Below, in pieces: positions 20,317 through 31,427 of a DNA stretch of 64,000 bases. The position numbers and the translations under genes were made by a program. The stretch covers positions 320,848-384,847 of the forward strand of contig NZ_KQ410724.1 of NCBI RefSeq assembly GCF_001262505.1, given 5' to 3'. The stretch is from Shinella sp. SUS2. Its GTDB lineage: Bacteria > Pseudomonadota > Alphaproteobacteria > Rhizobiales > Rhizobiaceae. Below the pieces are notes generated by a model. The model had not been told where the DNA came from. It searched no databases and was given only the letters and a program-made list of their open reading frames with translations. Each line of letters opens with the position of its first letter. The first letter of the stretch is position 1.

Positions 20317-20318
20317 CG

Positions 20319-20933
20319 CTATCCCTTGCTGCCGATCTTGCTTTCCGTGCCGTTCAGGAGACGACTGATGTTGGCACTGTGTTTCCACCAGGTGATGAGC
20401 GTCAGCAGCAGGAAGAGGACCGCCACCTTCTCGTGACCGAGGAACCACAATACAACCGGAGATACGGCGGTTGCAACCAGGGCCGAGAGCGACGAATAGC
20501 GCGTCAGATAGGCAAGGCCGATCCAGACGACGGCAAAGACCGCGAGCATGACGGGCACGAGGCCGAGCAGCAGCCCGACATAGGTCGCGACCCCCTTGCC
20601 GCCCTTGAAGCCGAGCCAGACGGGAAAGAGATGGCCGAGAAAGGCGGCAAAGCCCGCCGCAAGGCCGGCATCCAGCCCCCAGCGCGACGCGATGGCGGTG
20701 GCAGCGGTGCCTTTGAGGGCGTCGAGCAGCAGGGTGGCCGCGGCAAGCTTCTTGTTGCCTGTGCGCAGGACGTTCGTCGCGCCGATATTGCCGGAGCCGA
20801 TCTGGCGCACGTCGCCGAGACCGGCCATGCGGGTGAGGATCAGGCCGAAGGGAATGGAACCGAGAAGGTAGCCGAAGGCGAGGGCGGCGAGCGTCGGCAA
20901 GGCGCCGAGCTGCCAGGTGAAGATGTCGGACAC
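20319..20933 (-). CDS. plsY: Glycerol-3-phosphate acyltransferase PlsY
   Basis: 204 aa membrane protein with [14 protein letters not shown] and FKGGKGVAT motifs. Confidence 0.92.
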   Translation of the reverse strand: MSDIFTWQLGALPTLAALAFGYLLGSIPFGLILTRMAGLGDVRQIGSGNIGATNVLRTGNKKLAAATLLLDALKGTAATAIASRWGLDAGLAAGFAAFLGHLFPVWLGFKGGKGVATYVGLLLGLVPVMLAVFAVVWIGLAYLTRYSSLSALVATAVSPVVLWFLGHEKVAVLFLLLTLITWWKHSANISRLLNGTESKIGSKG

Positions 20934-21029
20934 GTCAGTTCCCCCGTTCCGTTATTCTGCATCCATGGTGGTGGATCCTCGGGCTTGGCCTGAGCATCCA
21001 CCCATGGGCTCACAGGACCGACATCCCTT

Positions 21030-22318
21030 TCAGTCCAGCGAATAGACCCGTTTTCCGGCAACATAGGTGCTAATCGCGCGTCCCGTAAAGCGGGCATCTT
21101 CGAAGGGCGTATTCTTCGAGCGCGAGACGAAGCGGTCCTTGGTGGCAAGCCACGGCTCGTCGGGGTCGATCAGCACGATGTCGGCGCGTGCACCGGGCGC
21201 AAGCGTGCCGGCGTCGAGGCCGAAGATCTGCGCCGGGCGCGTCGAGAGCGCATCGAGGAGCCGCATCAGCGGAACCTCGCCGCTGTGGTGCAACCGGAGC
21301 GCTGCCGCCAGCATGGTCTCGAGGCCGATCGCGCCGTCGGCGGCATCCGCGAAGGGCAGGCGCTTGGTGTCGACGTCCTGCGGATCGTGCGAGGAGACGA
21401 TGATGTCGATCTCGCCGCGGGCGAGCGCATCGACCATGGCCTTGCGGTCGTCCTCCCCGCGCAGCGGCGGGGAGAGCTTGAAGAAGGTGCGGTATTCGCC
21501 GATGTCGTTCTCGTTCAGCGTCAGGTGGTTGATCGAGGCGCCGCAGGTGACGTTTGCACCGCGTTCCCTGGCGGTCTTCACGGCCTCGGCCGATTCCGGC
21601 ACGGAGATCTGTGCGGCATGGTACTTGCCACGCGTCAGGCCGGCGATGCGCAGGTCCCGTTCGAGCGGGATCAGTTCGGCCTCGCGCGGGCTACCGGAAA
21701 GGCCGAGCCAGCTGGCGAGCAGCCCCTCGTTCATCACGCCGCCGGCGCCGAGATGTTTGTCGCGGGTTTCGAGCGCGATGACGCTGCCGAATTCGCGGGC
21801 ATAGGTCATCGCCCGGCGCAACACCTGCGCATTGTGCAGCGGGTTGCGGCCATTGGTGAAGGCGACGGCGCCGGCATCCTTCAGGAGGCCGAACTCGGTC
21901 ATCTCTTCACCTGCAAGGCCCTTGGTGAGGGCTGCGGCCGGATGAATGTTGACGATCGCCTTGTCGCGCGCGTTCTTCAGCACGAATTCGACAAGCGCGA
22001 TGTCGTCGATGACGGGATCGGTGTCCGGCATGGTGATGAAGGTGGTGACGCCACCGGCCGCCGCTGCGCGCGAGGCCGATTCGATCGTCTCGCGGTGCTC
22101 GGCGCCCGGCTCGCCGACGAAGACGCGGGCATCGACAAGGCCGGGAGCGGCGATGAGGCCGCGGCCATCGACGATTTCGGCGCCCTCGGGCGCGCCCTGG
22201 TTCTGCGCGCCGCTGCCGATGGCGGCGATCTTGCCGTTCTCGAGGACGATGGAGCCCATTTCATCGAGGTTGCGGGAGGGATCGAGGATGCGGAGGTTCT
22301 TCAGGACGGTGGTGCGGG

Positions 22319-22322
<4 letters not shown>
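21030..22322 (-). CDS. pyrC: Dihydroorotase (ATCase-associated type)
   Basis: Amidohydrolase-fold 430 aa protein. Its start overlaps the pyrB stop. Confidence 0.88.
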
Positions 22323-23260
<938 letters not shown>

Positions 23261-23431
23261 GAAACTCCGCCTCAACTGTCGTGGATACGCGGGGTCTATA
23301 GAGTGTCGGTTCCCCCGCGGCAAGGCGAAGCGGCGGCAAGGCCGCGCATTCCCACGCTTTTGTGAAGCCGAGCGCGCCGGCAACCGCACGGCCCCGTTTC
23401 GCCCCGCCGCGACTTGGGCTAGAACCCGCTC

Positions 23432-25084
23432 ATGACTCGCGACAAGACGACCGAACAGAAACTCGCCGATCTCAACCAGCCGCCGCTCTGGTCGGGCATC
23501 AATGCCTATCGCTCCGACCCGCTGCTGGTCGATGCAACCGACGCCATGCCCAAGGGGCTGCGCGACGAGTTCGACGCGATCGGCCGCTACGTGACCTCGC
23601 CGGAAGCGCAGGAGCTCGCCCGCATGGCGAACGAGGGCGTGCCGCAGCTGCGCACCCACGGCCCGCGTGGCGAGCGCCTCGACGTCGTCGATTATCATCC
23701 CGCCTGGCACGCGTTGATGCGCCGCTCCATGGCGAGCGGCCTGCATTCCTCGCTCTGGGAGAATGTGCCGGAGGAGAAGGGCAGGGCGCACAAGGCGCGT
23801 GCCGTGCGCTTCTACCTGACCGCTCAGCTCGAATGTGGCCATCTCTGCCCGCTGACCATGACGAGCGCCTCGGTCGCGGCCCTGTCCGTCTCGCCGCAGG
23901 TGCAGCGCGAATGGGGCCGGAAGATCCTGTCGCGCAAATATGACAGCACGAACAAGCCCGCCATGCAGAAGAGTGCCGTCACCATCGGCATGGGCATGAC
24001 GGAAAAGCAGGGCGGCACGGATGTGCGCGCCAACACCTCCACCGCCGAGCGTGTCGGCGAGGGCATCTACCGGCTCTCCGGCCACAAATGGTTCATGTCG
24101 GCACCAATGAGCGACGGGTTCGTCATGCTCGCCCAGACCCGCGAGGGCGTCGGCTGTTTCCTCGTGCCGCGCCTGCTGGAGGACGGCTCCAGCAACGGCC
24201 TGCGCTTCCAGCGCCTGAAGGACAAGATCGGCAACCGCTCCAACGCCTCCTCGGAGGTCGAGTTCTCCGAAACGTTCGGCTTCCTGCTTGGCACGCCCGA
24301 TGCCGGCATCCGCACCATCCTCGACATGGTGACCCTGACGCGGCTTGACTGTGCGCTGGCCTCGTCCGGCATCATGCGCGCCTCGCTCGCCGAAGCGGTG
24401 CACCATACGCGCGGCCGCAGCGTCTTCGGCAAGCCGCTGGTCGCCCAGCCGATCATGACGCGCGTGCTCGCCGACATGGCGCTCGACGTTGCGGGCGCGA
24501 CCGCGCTCTCCCTGCGCCTGGCGGAGGCCTTCGACAAGGCGCGCGACAGCGCCGAGGACGCTGCCTACGCCCGTATCATGACGCCCGTGACGAAATACTG
24601 GTGCTGCAAGATCGCGCCCGCCCTGATCTACGAAGCGATGGAGTGCATCGGCGGCAGCGGCTATGTCGAGGAGCGGCCGATCGCGCGGCATTATCGCGAG
24701 GCGCCCGTCAATGCGATCTGGGAAGGCTCGGGCAACGTCATGGCGCTCGATCTGATGCGCGTCACCAGCCGGGGCAGGGACCTGTTCGAGATGCTGTTTG
24801 CCGGGCTTGCCCGCGATCTCGGTCCGGCTGGCAAGAAGACGGTCGACGTGCTGCGTGCTGCGCTCTCGCTCTGCGAGCGCGACGAGGGAGCGGCCCGCAT
24901 GCTCGTGGAGCAGCTGGCGCTCGCCGCTGCCGCGGCCGAACTCTATCGCGCCGGTGCCGGGCGCATCGCCGATGCCTTCCTCGAAACGCGCCTCGCCTCG
25001 GGCTGGCGCTCGACCTACGGCATGCTCGATTCGCGCTTCGATTCGGCCTACATCGTCGACCTGCTCTATCCGCCGGCAAGATAG
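23432..25084 (+). CDS. Acyl-CoA dehydrogenase family protein, AidB-like
   Basis: 550 aa with an AidB-like N-terminal extension and an ACAD C-terminal domain ([20 protein letters not shown]). Confidence 0.8.
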   Translation: MTRDKTTEQKLADLNQPPLWSGINAYRSDPLLVDATDAMPKGLRDEFDAIGRYVTSPEAQELARMANEGVPQLRTHGPRGERLDVVDYHPAWHALMRRSMASGLHSSLWENVPEEKGRAHKARAVRFYLTAQLECGHLCPLTMTSASVAALSVSPQVQREWGRKILSRKYDSTNKPAMQKSAVTIGMGMTEKQGGTDVRANTSTAERVGEGIYRLSGHKWFMSAPMSDGFVMLAQTREGVGCFLVPRLLEDGSSNGLRFQRLKDKIGNRSNASSEVEFSETFGFLLGTPDAGIRTILDMVTLTRLDCALASSGIMRASLAEAVHHTRGRSVFGKPLVAQPIMTRVLADMALDVAGATALSLRLAEAFDKARDSAEDAAYARIMTPVTKYWCCKIAPALIYEAMECIGGSGYVEERPIARHYREAPVNAIWEGSGNVMALDLMRVTSRGRDLFEMLFAGLARDLGPAGKKTVDVLRAALSLCERDEGAARMLVEQLALAAAAAELYRAGAGRIADAFLETRLASGWRSTYGMLDSRFDSAYIVDLLYPPAR

Positions 25085-26001
25085 GCGGTTGCCGCCAATA
25101 CGACCGGGATCGTGAAGAACGAGGCGATCGTTTGCAGCGTGGCGACGGCGGCATAGAGCGGCGCGTCGCCGCCCATCTGCTTGGCCAGCACGTAACCGTT
25201 CATCGCTGTCGGCACGCTCGCCCCCATGGCGATCGTCAGGAGCGGCTCGCCGCGCATGCCGAGCGCATAGGCCGCCGCCGTCATGACCAGCGGCATGAAC
25301 AGGAGCTTCAGGGCGACCGGCAGCAGCGCCAGCGGCCGGGGTTTCAGCGCATCGGCCAGCTTCAGTCCGGCGCCGACCATGATGAGGCCAAGGCTGAGCG
25401 AGGTGTCCGCGACGAGTTCCGTCGCCTGCATCAGCGGCGCGTAGATCGGGATTTCCAGAAGGTTGACGGCGACACCGAGCACCGAGCCGATGATCATCGG
25501 GTTGGTGACGATTTTCTGGGCGAAGGTCTTCAGGCTGCGCGTGCCGCCGCCGAACCAGACGAGAACGGCGATATTGTAGAAATTCAGGGGAATGATGATC
25601 AGTGTCGCCACGAGGGCGACGAGGGCAAGGCTGCCCGGGCCGTAAAGTTTTTCACCGATGGCGAGTGCGATGAAGGCGTTCCAGCGTGTCGAGGTCTGGA
25701 AAACCGAAGTAAACGACGCGCCTGAAACCTGCGCGGCGCGAAAAAGCGGCCAGGAGAGCGCCAGAATCGCTGCGATGAGCGTCACCGAGCCGATGGAGCC
25801 GAGCGCCACGCTGCCGGCGGCAATGCCCGAGAATTCCGCCTTGGCGAGCGTCGTGAAGAGCAGGCAGGGAAACAGCACGAAGAAGCCGAGCTGCTCGAGC
25901 CCGTTCCACATGTCGCGGTCGATCAGCCGCCAGCGCTTGAGGAAGACCCCGAGCACAACGAGCAGGAAGACGGGGAGAATGCTTTCGAAGATGGCGAGCA
26001 T
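25066..26001 (-). CDS. AEC (auxin efflux carrier) family transporter
   Basis: 311 aa, roughly 10 TM segments, AEC-like composition. Its 3' end overlaps the AidB-like gene by 19 nt (convergent). Confidence 0.75.
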   Translation of the reverse strand: MLAIFESILPVFLLVVLGVFLKRWRLIDRDMWNGLEQLGFFVLFPCLLFTTLAKAEFSGIAAGSVALGSIGSVTLIAAILALSWPLFRAAQVSGASFTSVFQTSTRWNAFIALAIGEKLYGPGSLALVALVATLIIIPLNFYNIAVLVWFGGGTRSLKTFAQKIVTNPMIIGSVLGVAVNLLEIPIYAPLMQATELVADTSLSLGLIMVGAGLKLADALKPRPLALLPVALKLLFMPLVMTAAAYALGMRGEPLLTIAMGASVPTAMNGYVLAKQMGGDAPLYAAVATLQTIASFFTIPVVLAATAYLAGG

Positions 26002-26337
26002 GGGAACCGGGCGGGCGAGGAATGGTGGCTGCTCATTCCACGCCTTGCGCAGGCTTGCAAGCCTGCGCTGCCGTGCGGCCCGTGTGGAAATTAACCTTAA
26101 TGGAGGGTTTACGTTGCGTGCACAGAGTTAACGGGCGAAGGTTCCGTTTACCTGGTGTTAACCATGCGAGCGAGTGCAGCCTATGGCCAGAACGGCCCGG
26201 ATTTCGGTCATGACGACCCTGTTTTGTTTTGCGGCGGTGGATATCGTCGTCCCGCTCCTCGTCATCGCCACGGGCGTGGCGGTCAGCGAGATCGTCTTTG
26301 CAACCGGCGATCTTCTCGCGCCGAAGAGGAGGGTGGC

Positions 26338-26664
26338 ATGAAGTGGTTCCTGATCCTCTGGGCCGGCCCGATCGCGCTGCTCGGCAGCTGGTACGGGCTT
26401 TCCTACTACGACATGAGCTTCGGCATCTTCATGCTGACGCGCGATGCGCATGACCTGGTGTTCCAGATCTACGGCCATATCCTCGGCATTCCGCCGGAAG
26501 ACCTGCCGCCGCTGGTGCTGCGCGCCATCGTCGTGGACAGCTTCCTGGTGCTGGGCCTCATCGCCTTCCGGCGCCGCAAGAGGATTTTTGCCTGGTGGCA
26601 GGCGCGCCGTCAGTCCGCGTCCGCCGCCCTTGCCAGGGACGAAAGCCTGTCGAGAGCCCCCTGA
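26338..26664 (+). CDS. Small membrane protein (108 aa), unknown function
   Basis: AAGAGGAGGG SD before the ATG at 26338, and two predicted TM helices. The 5' part of the ORF-track entry is a likely artefact. Confidence 0.55.
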   Translation: MKWFLILWAGPIALLGSWYGLSYYDMSFGIFMLTRDAHDLVFQIYGHILGIPPEDLPPLVLRAIVVDSFLVLGLIAFRRRKRIFAWWQARRQSASAALARDESLSRAP

Positions 26665-27095
26665 AGAATGAAGGAGGCGGCCGCCGAATCGATGCGTTCG
26701 GCGCGCTTCTTGCGCGACACGTCCATCTCGATCAGCGTGCGCTCCGCCGCCACCGTCGATAGCCGTTCGTCCCAGAAGACGAAGGGGATGTCCGTCTTGT
26801 CGGCCATGGAGCGCACGAAGGCGCGCGTTGCCTGGACGCGCGGCCCGGCACTGCCGTCCATGTTCATGGGCAGGCCGATGACGAAGGCGACGACCTTCTC
26901 CTTCGCCGCGAAGGCGAGCAGCAGCTCGGCATCCTGGGTGAACTTCACGCGCTTCAGCACCGGTCGCGGCGTCGCCAGCCGACGGCCGAGATCGGACACC
27001 GAAAGTCCGATGGTCTTGGTGCCGAGGTCGAGGCCGGCGATCGGCTGGCCGGGGGCGAGGGTTTCGGCCAGGTCTTCCAGTGTCAGCGTTGCCAT
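26610..27095 (-). CDS. ruvX: Holliday junction resolvase-like protein RuvX/YqgF
   Basis: Motifs [17 protein letters not shown] and [10 protein letters not shown] (RNase H-like YqgF). GAGAGG SD. Confidence 0.88.
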   Translation of the reverse strand: MATLTLEDLAETLAPGQPIAGLDLGTKTIGLSVSDLGRRLATPRPVLKRVKFTQDAELLLAFAAKEKVVAFVIGLPMNMDGSAGPRVQATRAFVRSMADKTDIPFVFWDERLSTVAAERTLIEMDVSRKKRAERIDSAAASFILQGALDRLSSLARAADAD

Positions 27096-27106
27096 GGGGT
27101 AACCTC

Positions 27107-27403
27107 TCAGCGCTTGCGCACGAATTCCGTGCGCAGGACCAGACCCTTGATCGTCTCGTGCCGGCAGTCGATCTCGTCCGGATTGTCGGTGAGGCGGATG
27201 GACCGGATTACCGTACCCTGCTTCAGGGTCTGGCCGGCACCCTTCACCTTCAGGTCCTTGATGAGCACGACCGAATCGCCATCCGCAAGCACGGTGCCGC
27301 TGGCGTCCCGCACCTGGCTCCGGGCGGCCTTTTCCGCGGCGATTTCCGATGCCGGCCGCCATTCGCCGGTTGCTTCGTCATAGATATAGTCGTCGTCGCT
27401 CAT
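27107..27403 (-). CDS. PhnA-like (YjdC-type) small protein
   Basis: [54 protein letters not shown] resembles the PhnA C-terminal domain. AGGAG SD before the ATG at 27403. Confidence 0.65.
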   Translation of the reverse strand: MSDDDYIYDEATGEWRPASEIAAEKAARSQVRDASGTVLADGDSVVLIKDLKVKGAGQTLKQGTVIRSIRLTDNPDEIDCRHETIKGLVLRTEFVRKR

Positions 27404-27520
27404 GACGGCTCCTTGCATGTTGCTCCATCTCGAAAGCCACGCTTATAACGATCCGGCGATGGATGGAAACGGCCTTCGCCGGTTCTATATTGCGCCAAGG
27501 ACCCCAACGGGAGAACAAGC

Positions 27521-28225
27521 ATGAAAATCACCTGGCTCGGCCACTCCGCCTTCCGGATCGAAACGGCGAAAGCCAGAATCCTGATCGACCCGTTCTTCAC
27601 CGGCAATCCCGCGTTCGACGAGGCCACCCGCAAGGACGCGGTGGCGGGCCTCACCCATGTCCTGCTGACCCACGGCCACGGCGACCATGTCGGCGATACG
27701 ATCCAGATCGCGAAGGAGACCGGCGCGACCGTGCTCGCCAACGCGGACCTTGCCGCCTGGCTCGGCGCCAAGGGCGTGGAGAAGGTCGATATGGGCAACA
27801 CCGGCGGCACCGTGCATTTCGACGGTTTCTCCACCACCTTCGTCAATGCGCTGCATTCCTCCGCGCAGATCACCGAGGACGGTGTCTCCCATTCGCTCGG
27901 CAACGCCAATGGCCTTGTGCTGCATTTCGAAGACGAGCCGGCGCTCTATCACATGGGCGATACCGACATCTTCTCCGACATGGCGCTGATCCACGAATTG
28001 CACCAGCCGGAAATCGGCCTTGTGCCGATCGGCGACCGCTTCACCATGGGCGGCGCCGTCGCCGCGCTCGCCTGCCAGCGCTTCTTCAATTTCGATACGG
28101 TCATCCCCTGCCACTACGGTTCCTTCGGCATCATCGCGCCGACGGCCGATCTTTTCGTGCAGGCGATGGACGGTGCTTCGGCCAAGATCGAGGTGCCGGG
28201 CGCCGGCGGTGTCGTCTCGCGCTGA
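27521..28225 (+). CDS. Metal-dependent hydrolase, UPF0173 (MBL-fold) family
   Basis: Motifs [11 protein letters not shown] and HGHGDHVGD, consistent with the UPF0173 beta-lactamase-fold family. Confidence 0.8.
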   Translation: MKITWLGHSAFRIETAKARILIDPFFTGNPAFDEATRKDAVAGLTHVLLTHGHGDHVGDTIQIAKETGATVLANADLAAWLGAKGVEKVDMGNTGGTVHFDGFSTTFVNALHSSAQITEDGVSHSLGNANGLVLHFEDEPALYHMGDTDIFSDMALIHELHQPEIGLVPIGDRFTMGGAVAALACQRFFNFDTVIPCHYGSFGIIAPTADLFVQAMDGASAKIEVPGAGGVVSR

Positions 28226-28329
28226 GCGGCCGGAAAACGGGCGAGGGGGCGTGGAAGGGACCATTCCCCCGTTGCGCCCCTTGGGCTTGGTCAGTATAGC
28301 GGGTAGAAATTTCTGAGCGGAGACCACCC

Positions 28330-28617
28330 ATGTCCGTAGATCTAGCCACCGTGAAGCGCGTCGCGCGTCTTGCCCGCATCGCCGTCAGCGAGGAAGAGGC
28401 AGACCGCATGACCGGCGAGCTGAACGGCATCCTCGGCTTTGTCGAGCAGCTGTCCGAAGTCAATGTCGACGGCGTCGAGCCGATGACCTCCGTCACGCCG
28501 ATGGAGATGAAGAAGCGCGAGGATGTCGTCAATGACGGCAACAAGGCGGATGCCATCGTTGCCAATGCGCCGGCCACCGACCGTAATTTCTTCCAGGTTC
28601 CGAAGGTGGTGGAGTAA
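28330..28617 (+). CDS. gatC: Asp-tRNA(Asn)/Glu-tRNA(Gln) amidotransferase subunit C
   Basis: 95 aa product with [29 protein letters not shown]. Confidence 0.92.
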   Translation: MSVDLATVKRVARLARIAVSEEEADRMTGELNGILGFVEQLSEVNVDGVEPMTSVTPMEMKKREDVVNDGNKADAIVANAPATDRNFFQVPKVVE

Positions 28618-28620
28618 TCC

Positions 28621-29085
28621 TTGGCCGTCACCCTCGCCATCGAGAGCCCGCTTAGCGATGAGGTTCGCGCGCTGGTCGCCGAGCTGAACACCGTGCTGCT
28701 CGCGCTCTCGCCGCCGGAGGCCTGCTACCACCTGACCGTCGAGCAGATGGCCGAGCCGGCCGTGACGGTCTGGATCGCCCGTGACGAGGGAACCGTCGTC
28801 GGCTGCGGTGCGCTGAAGCGCCATTCCGCGGCGGTGGGCGAGGTGAAGCGCATGTTCACCCGGCCGGACTGGCAGGGGCAGGGCATCGGCCGGCGCATCC
28901 TTGGCGAGATCCAGGCTGCCGCCGAACGGGAGAAGCTGGAAACGCTCGTGCTCGAAACAGGCGACCAGCACCCGGCTGCCTGGGCGATCTACGAGAAGGC
29001 CGGGTTCACCCGCTGCGGCCCCGTGCTCGACTATCCGGATTCACCCTATTCCATATTCTATCAAAAGCAGCTTCGTGCTGCCTGA
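28621..29085 (+). CDS. GNAT family N-acetyltransferase inserted between gatC and gatA
   Basis: TTG start 4 nt after the gatC stop. Acetyl-CoA binding motif (VKRMFTRPDWQGQGIGRRIL). Ends 7-19 nt before gatA. Confidence 0.7.
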   Translation: MAVTLAIESPLSDEVRALVAELNTVLLALSPPEACYHLTVEQMAEPAVTVWIARDEGTVVGCGALKRHSAAVGEVKRMFTRPDWQGQGIGRRILGEIQAAAEREKLETLVLETGDQHPAAWAIYEKAGFTRCGPVLDYPDSPYSIFYQKQLRAA

Positions 29086-29091
29086 CCCGAA

Positions 29092-30585
29092 GTGACCGCA
29101 CCCATGACCGATCTGACCCGCCTGACCATTGCCGAAGCCCGCGAAAAGCTCGGCGCCAAGGAGATCACCGCCGTTGAGCTGACGGACGCCTATCTTGGCG
29201 CGATCGAGGCGGCGAACCCTGTCATCAACGCCTATGTCGCCGTGACGCCGGAAAAGGCGCGCGATATGGCGAAGGCCTCTGATGGCCGCATCGCTGCCGG
29301 CAAGGCAGGTGCGCTTGAGGGCATCCCGCTCGGCATCAAGGACCTGTTTGCGACCGAGGGTGTGCATACCCAGGCCTGCAGCCACATCCTCGACGGCTTC
29401 AGGCCGGAATACGAATCGACGGTCACCGGGAACCTGTGGGCCGATGGCGCCGTCATGCTCGGCAAGCTGAACATGGACGAGTTCGCGATGGGCTCCTCCA
29501 ACGAGAGTTCCTATTACGGCGTGGTCAAGAACCCGTGGCGCGCGAACGGATCCAACGCCGATCTCGTCCCGGGCGGTTCGTCCGGTGGTTCGGCCGCGGC
29601 CGTTGCCGCGTTCCTGTGCGCCGGTGCGACGGCGACGGACACCGGCGGCTCGATCCGCCAGCCCGCCGCCTTCACCGGCACCGTCGGCATCAAGCCGACC
29701 TATGGCCGCTGCTCGCGCTGGGGCATCGTCGCCTTCGCCTCCTCGCTCGACCAGGCCGGCCCGATCGCCCGCGACGTGCGCGATGCGGCGATCCTCTTGA
29801 AGTCCATGGCAAGCGTCGATGCCAAGGATACCACCTCCGTCGATCTGCCGGTGCCGGACTACGAAGCCGCGCTCGGCCAGTCGCTGAAGGGCATGCGTAT
29901 CGGCATACCGCGCGAATACCGCGTCGAGGGCATGCCGGAGGAGATCGAGGCGCTCTGGCAGCAGGGCATCGCCTGGCTGAAGGAGGCCGGTGCCGAGATC
30001 GTCGACATTTCCCTGCCGCACACCAAGTACGCGCTGCCGGCCTATTACATCGTCGCGCCCGCCGAAGCCTCGTCGAACCTCGCCCGCTATGACGGCGTGC
30101 GCTACGGCCTGCGCGTCGACGGCAAGGACATCGTCGACATGTACGAGAAGACGCGCGCTGCCGGTTTCGGCCAGGAGGTCAAGCGCCGCATCATGATCGG
30201 CACCTACGTGCTGTCGGCCGGGTATTACGACGCCTACTACCTCCAGGCGCAGAAGGTTCGCACGCTGATCAAGCGCGACTTCGAGCTCGCCTTCAACGCC
30301 GGTGTCGACGCGATCCTGACCCCGGCGACGCCGTCCTCCGCCTTCGGCATCGCCGACGAGGACCTCGCATCCGACCCGGTCAAGATGTACCTGCAGGACA
30401 TTTTTACCGTCACGGTGAACATGGCCGGCCTGCCGGGCCTTTCCGTGCCCGCCGGTCTCGACCACAAGGGCCTGCCCCTCAGCCTCCAGCTCATTGGCAA
30501 GCCCTTCGAGGAGGAGGTCCTCTTCAAGACGGCGCATGTCATCGAAAAGGCCGCCGGCCGCTTCACGCCGGCCAGGTGGTGGTAA
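29092..30585 (+). CDS. gatA: Glutamyl-tRNA(Gln) amidotransferase subunit A
   Basis: Amidase signature ([13 protein letters not shown]). The start may be the ATG at 29104 (MTDLTRL). Confidence 0.93.
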   Translation: MTAPMTDLTRLTIAEAREKLGAKEITAVELTDAYLGAIEAANPVINAYVAVTPEKARDMAKASDGRIAAGKAGALEGIPLGIKDLFATEGVHTQACSHILDGFRPEYESTVTGNLWADGAVMLGKLNMDEFAMGSSNESSYYGVVKNPWRANGSNADLVPGGSSGGSAAAVAAFLCAGATATDTGGSIRQPAAFTGTVGIKPTYGRCSRWGIVAFASSLDQAGPIARDVRDAAILLKSMASVDAKDTTSVDLPVPDYEAALGQSLKGMRIGIPREYRVEGMPEEIEALWQQGIAWLKEAGAEIVDISLPHTKYALPAYYIVAPAEASSNLARYDGVRYGLRVDGKDIVDMYEKTRAAGFGQEVKRRIMIGTYVLSAGYYDAYYLQAQKVRTLIKRDFELAFNAGVDAILTPATPSSAFGIADEDLASDPVKMYLQDIFTVTVNMAGLPGLSVPAGLDHKGLPLSLQLIGKPFEEEVLFKTAHVIEKAAGRFTPARWW

Positions 30586-30840
30586 GGGGCCTTCAGCCCC
30601 TTCTGCCTGCACTGCGGGCGTACGGTTTCAATCGCCAGATCGTGTCGTAGCGGCAACACCTGCCGTTACGACAGGCGTGTCCGCGTCTTTTTTGCTTGAT
30701 CCCTTCCGAAGTCGAGAATAAACGCGCCTTCCCGGTCGTTCAGCCGGTGCGGATGTCAACGGATGGAGTTTTCCGCTCCTCCCGCGCGAGGCGGCCCTGC
30801 CGTCGTCGTGTACGGATGCCGCACCGAGAAGACTGGTATT

Positions 30841-30914
30841 GCGGACCTAGCTCAGCGGTAGAGCACCGGATGTTCCTCCGGAGGTCGCGGGTTCGATTCC
30901 CGTTGTCTGCTCCA
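30841..30914 (+). tRNA. tRNA-like gene with an anomalous 6-nt anticodon loop (TGTTCC), G3:U70 and a C7.U66 mismatch; identity ambiguous, possibly a pseudo-tRNA
   Basis: Clear D arm (GCTCAGCGGTAGAGC). T arm identical to the genuine tRNA-Gly at 58967. 3' CCA present. The anticodon stem CCGGA/TCCGG leaves only 6 loop nucleotides. Confidence 0.5.
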
Positions 30915-30984
30915 TTGGATAGCTCAGTGGTAGAGCATCAGATTGTTACTCTGACTGTGGAAGGTTCGAATCCTTCTCCAAAGC
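30913..30984 (+). tRNA. tRNA-Asn(GTT)-like element lacking an encoded CCA, with an A2.A71 mismatch; it overlaps the upstream tRNA-like gene by 2 nt
   Basis: D arm GCTCAGTGGTAGAGC. Anticodon stem TCAGA/TCTGA with loop TTGTTAC. T arm GAAGG-TTCGAAT-CCTTC. Acceptor CATTGGA/TCCAAAG. Confidence 0.45.
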
Positions 30985-31427
30985 GCTGACTCAAAATCAG
31001 CGACAGCCTTCCAAGCTGTCTTACCTCCGGTCCGGGGACCGGACTGCGGACGGTAGACCGCAAGTGGGCCGAAAGGCGCGTTTGTGGAAAACCCGACGCC
31101 GGACATTCGCGGTCCGGTTCGCGGTGACGGTCAAGCCGCCTTCCGGCCGGCAAGGGTGCCGCGGCATCCAAGCCCGCTTGAAGGCCGCGCGGCCCTCTCC
31201 CGAAAACCCGCCGCCGATGGCCGTCAGCCGGTTCCCGGATCATGCCTGTTGAAACATACCCCGCCCGCAGGTTCCCCGGGCGAAAAGGGGCTCACCGGGA
31301 ACTGGCAAGGGAAACGGAACCGGAACCGTGTTTGTGGTCCGCACCATCCCGCCGCCGATGCCAACAGAAACCAACGACGAAAGGACGATCGGTTCATGAC
31401 GTAGCGTATGACCGAAGGAGCAGAACG

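Noticed and set aside
31000-31427. Known riboswitch (SAM-II, cobalamin, glycine, ZTP) upstream of the SPFH gene
   Set aside because: No recognisable conserved core (e.g. B12 box) by inspection. Left as an unclassified structured leader.
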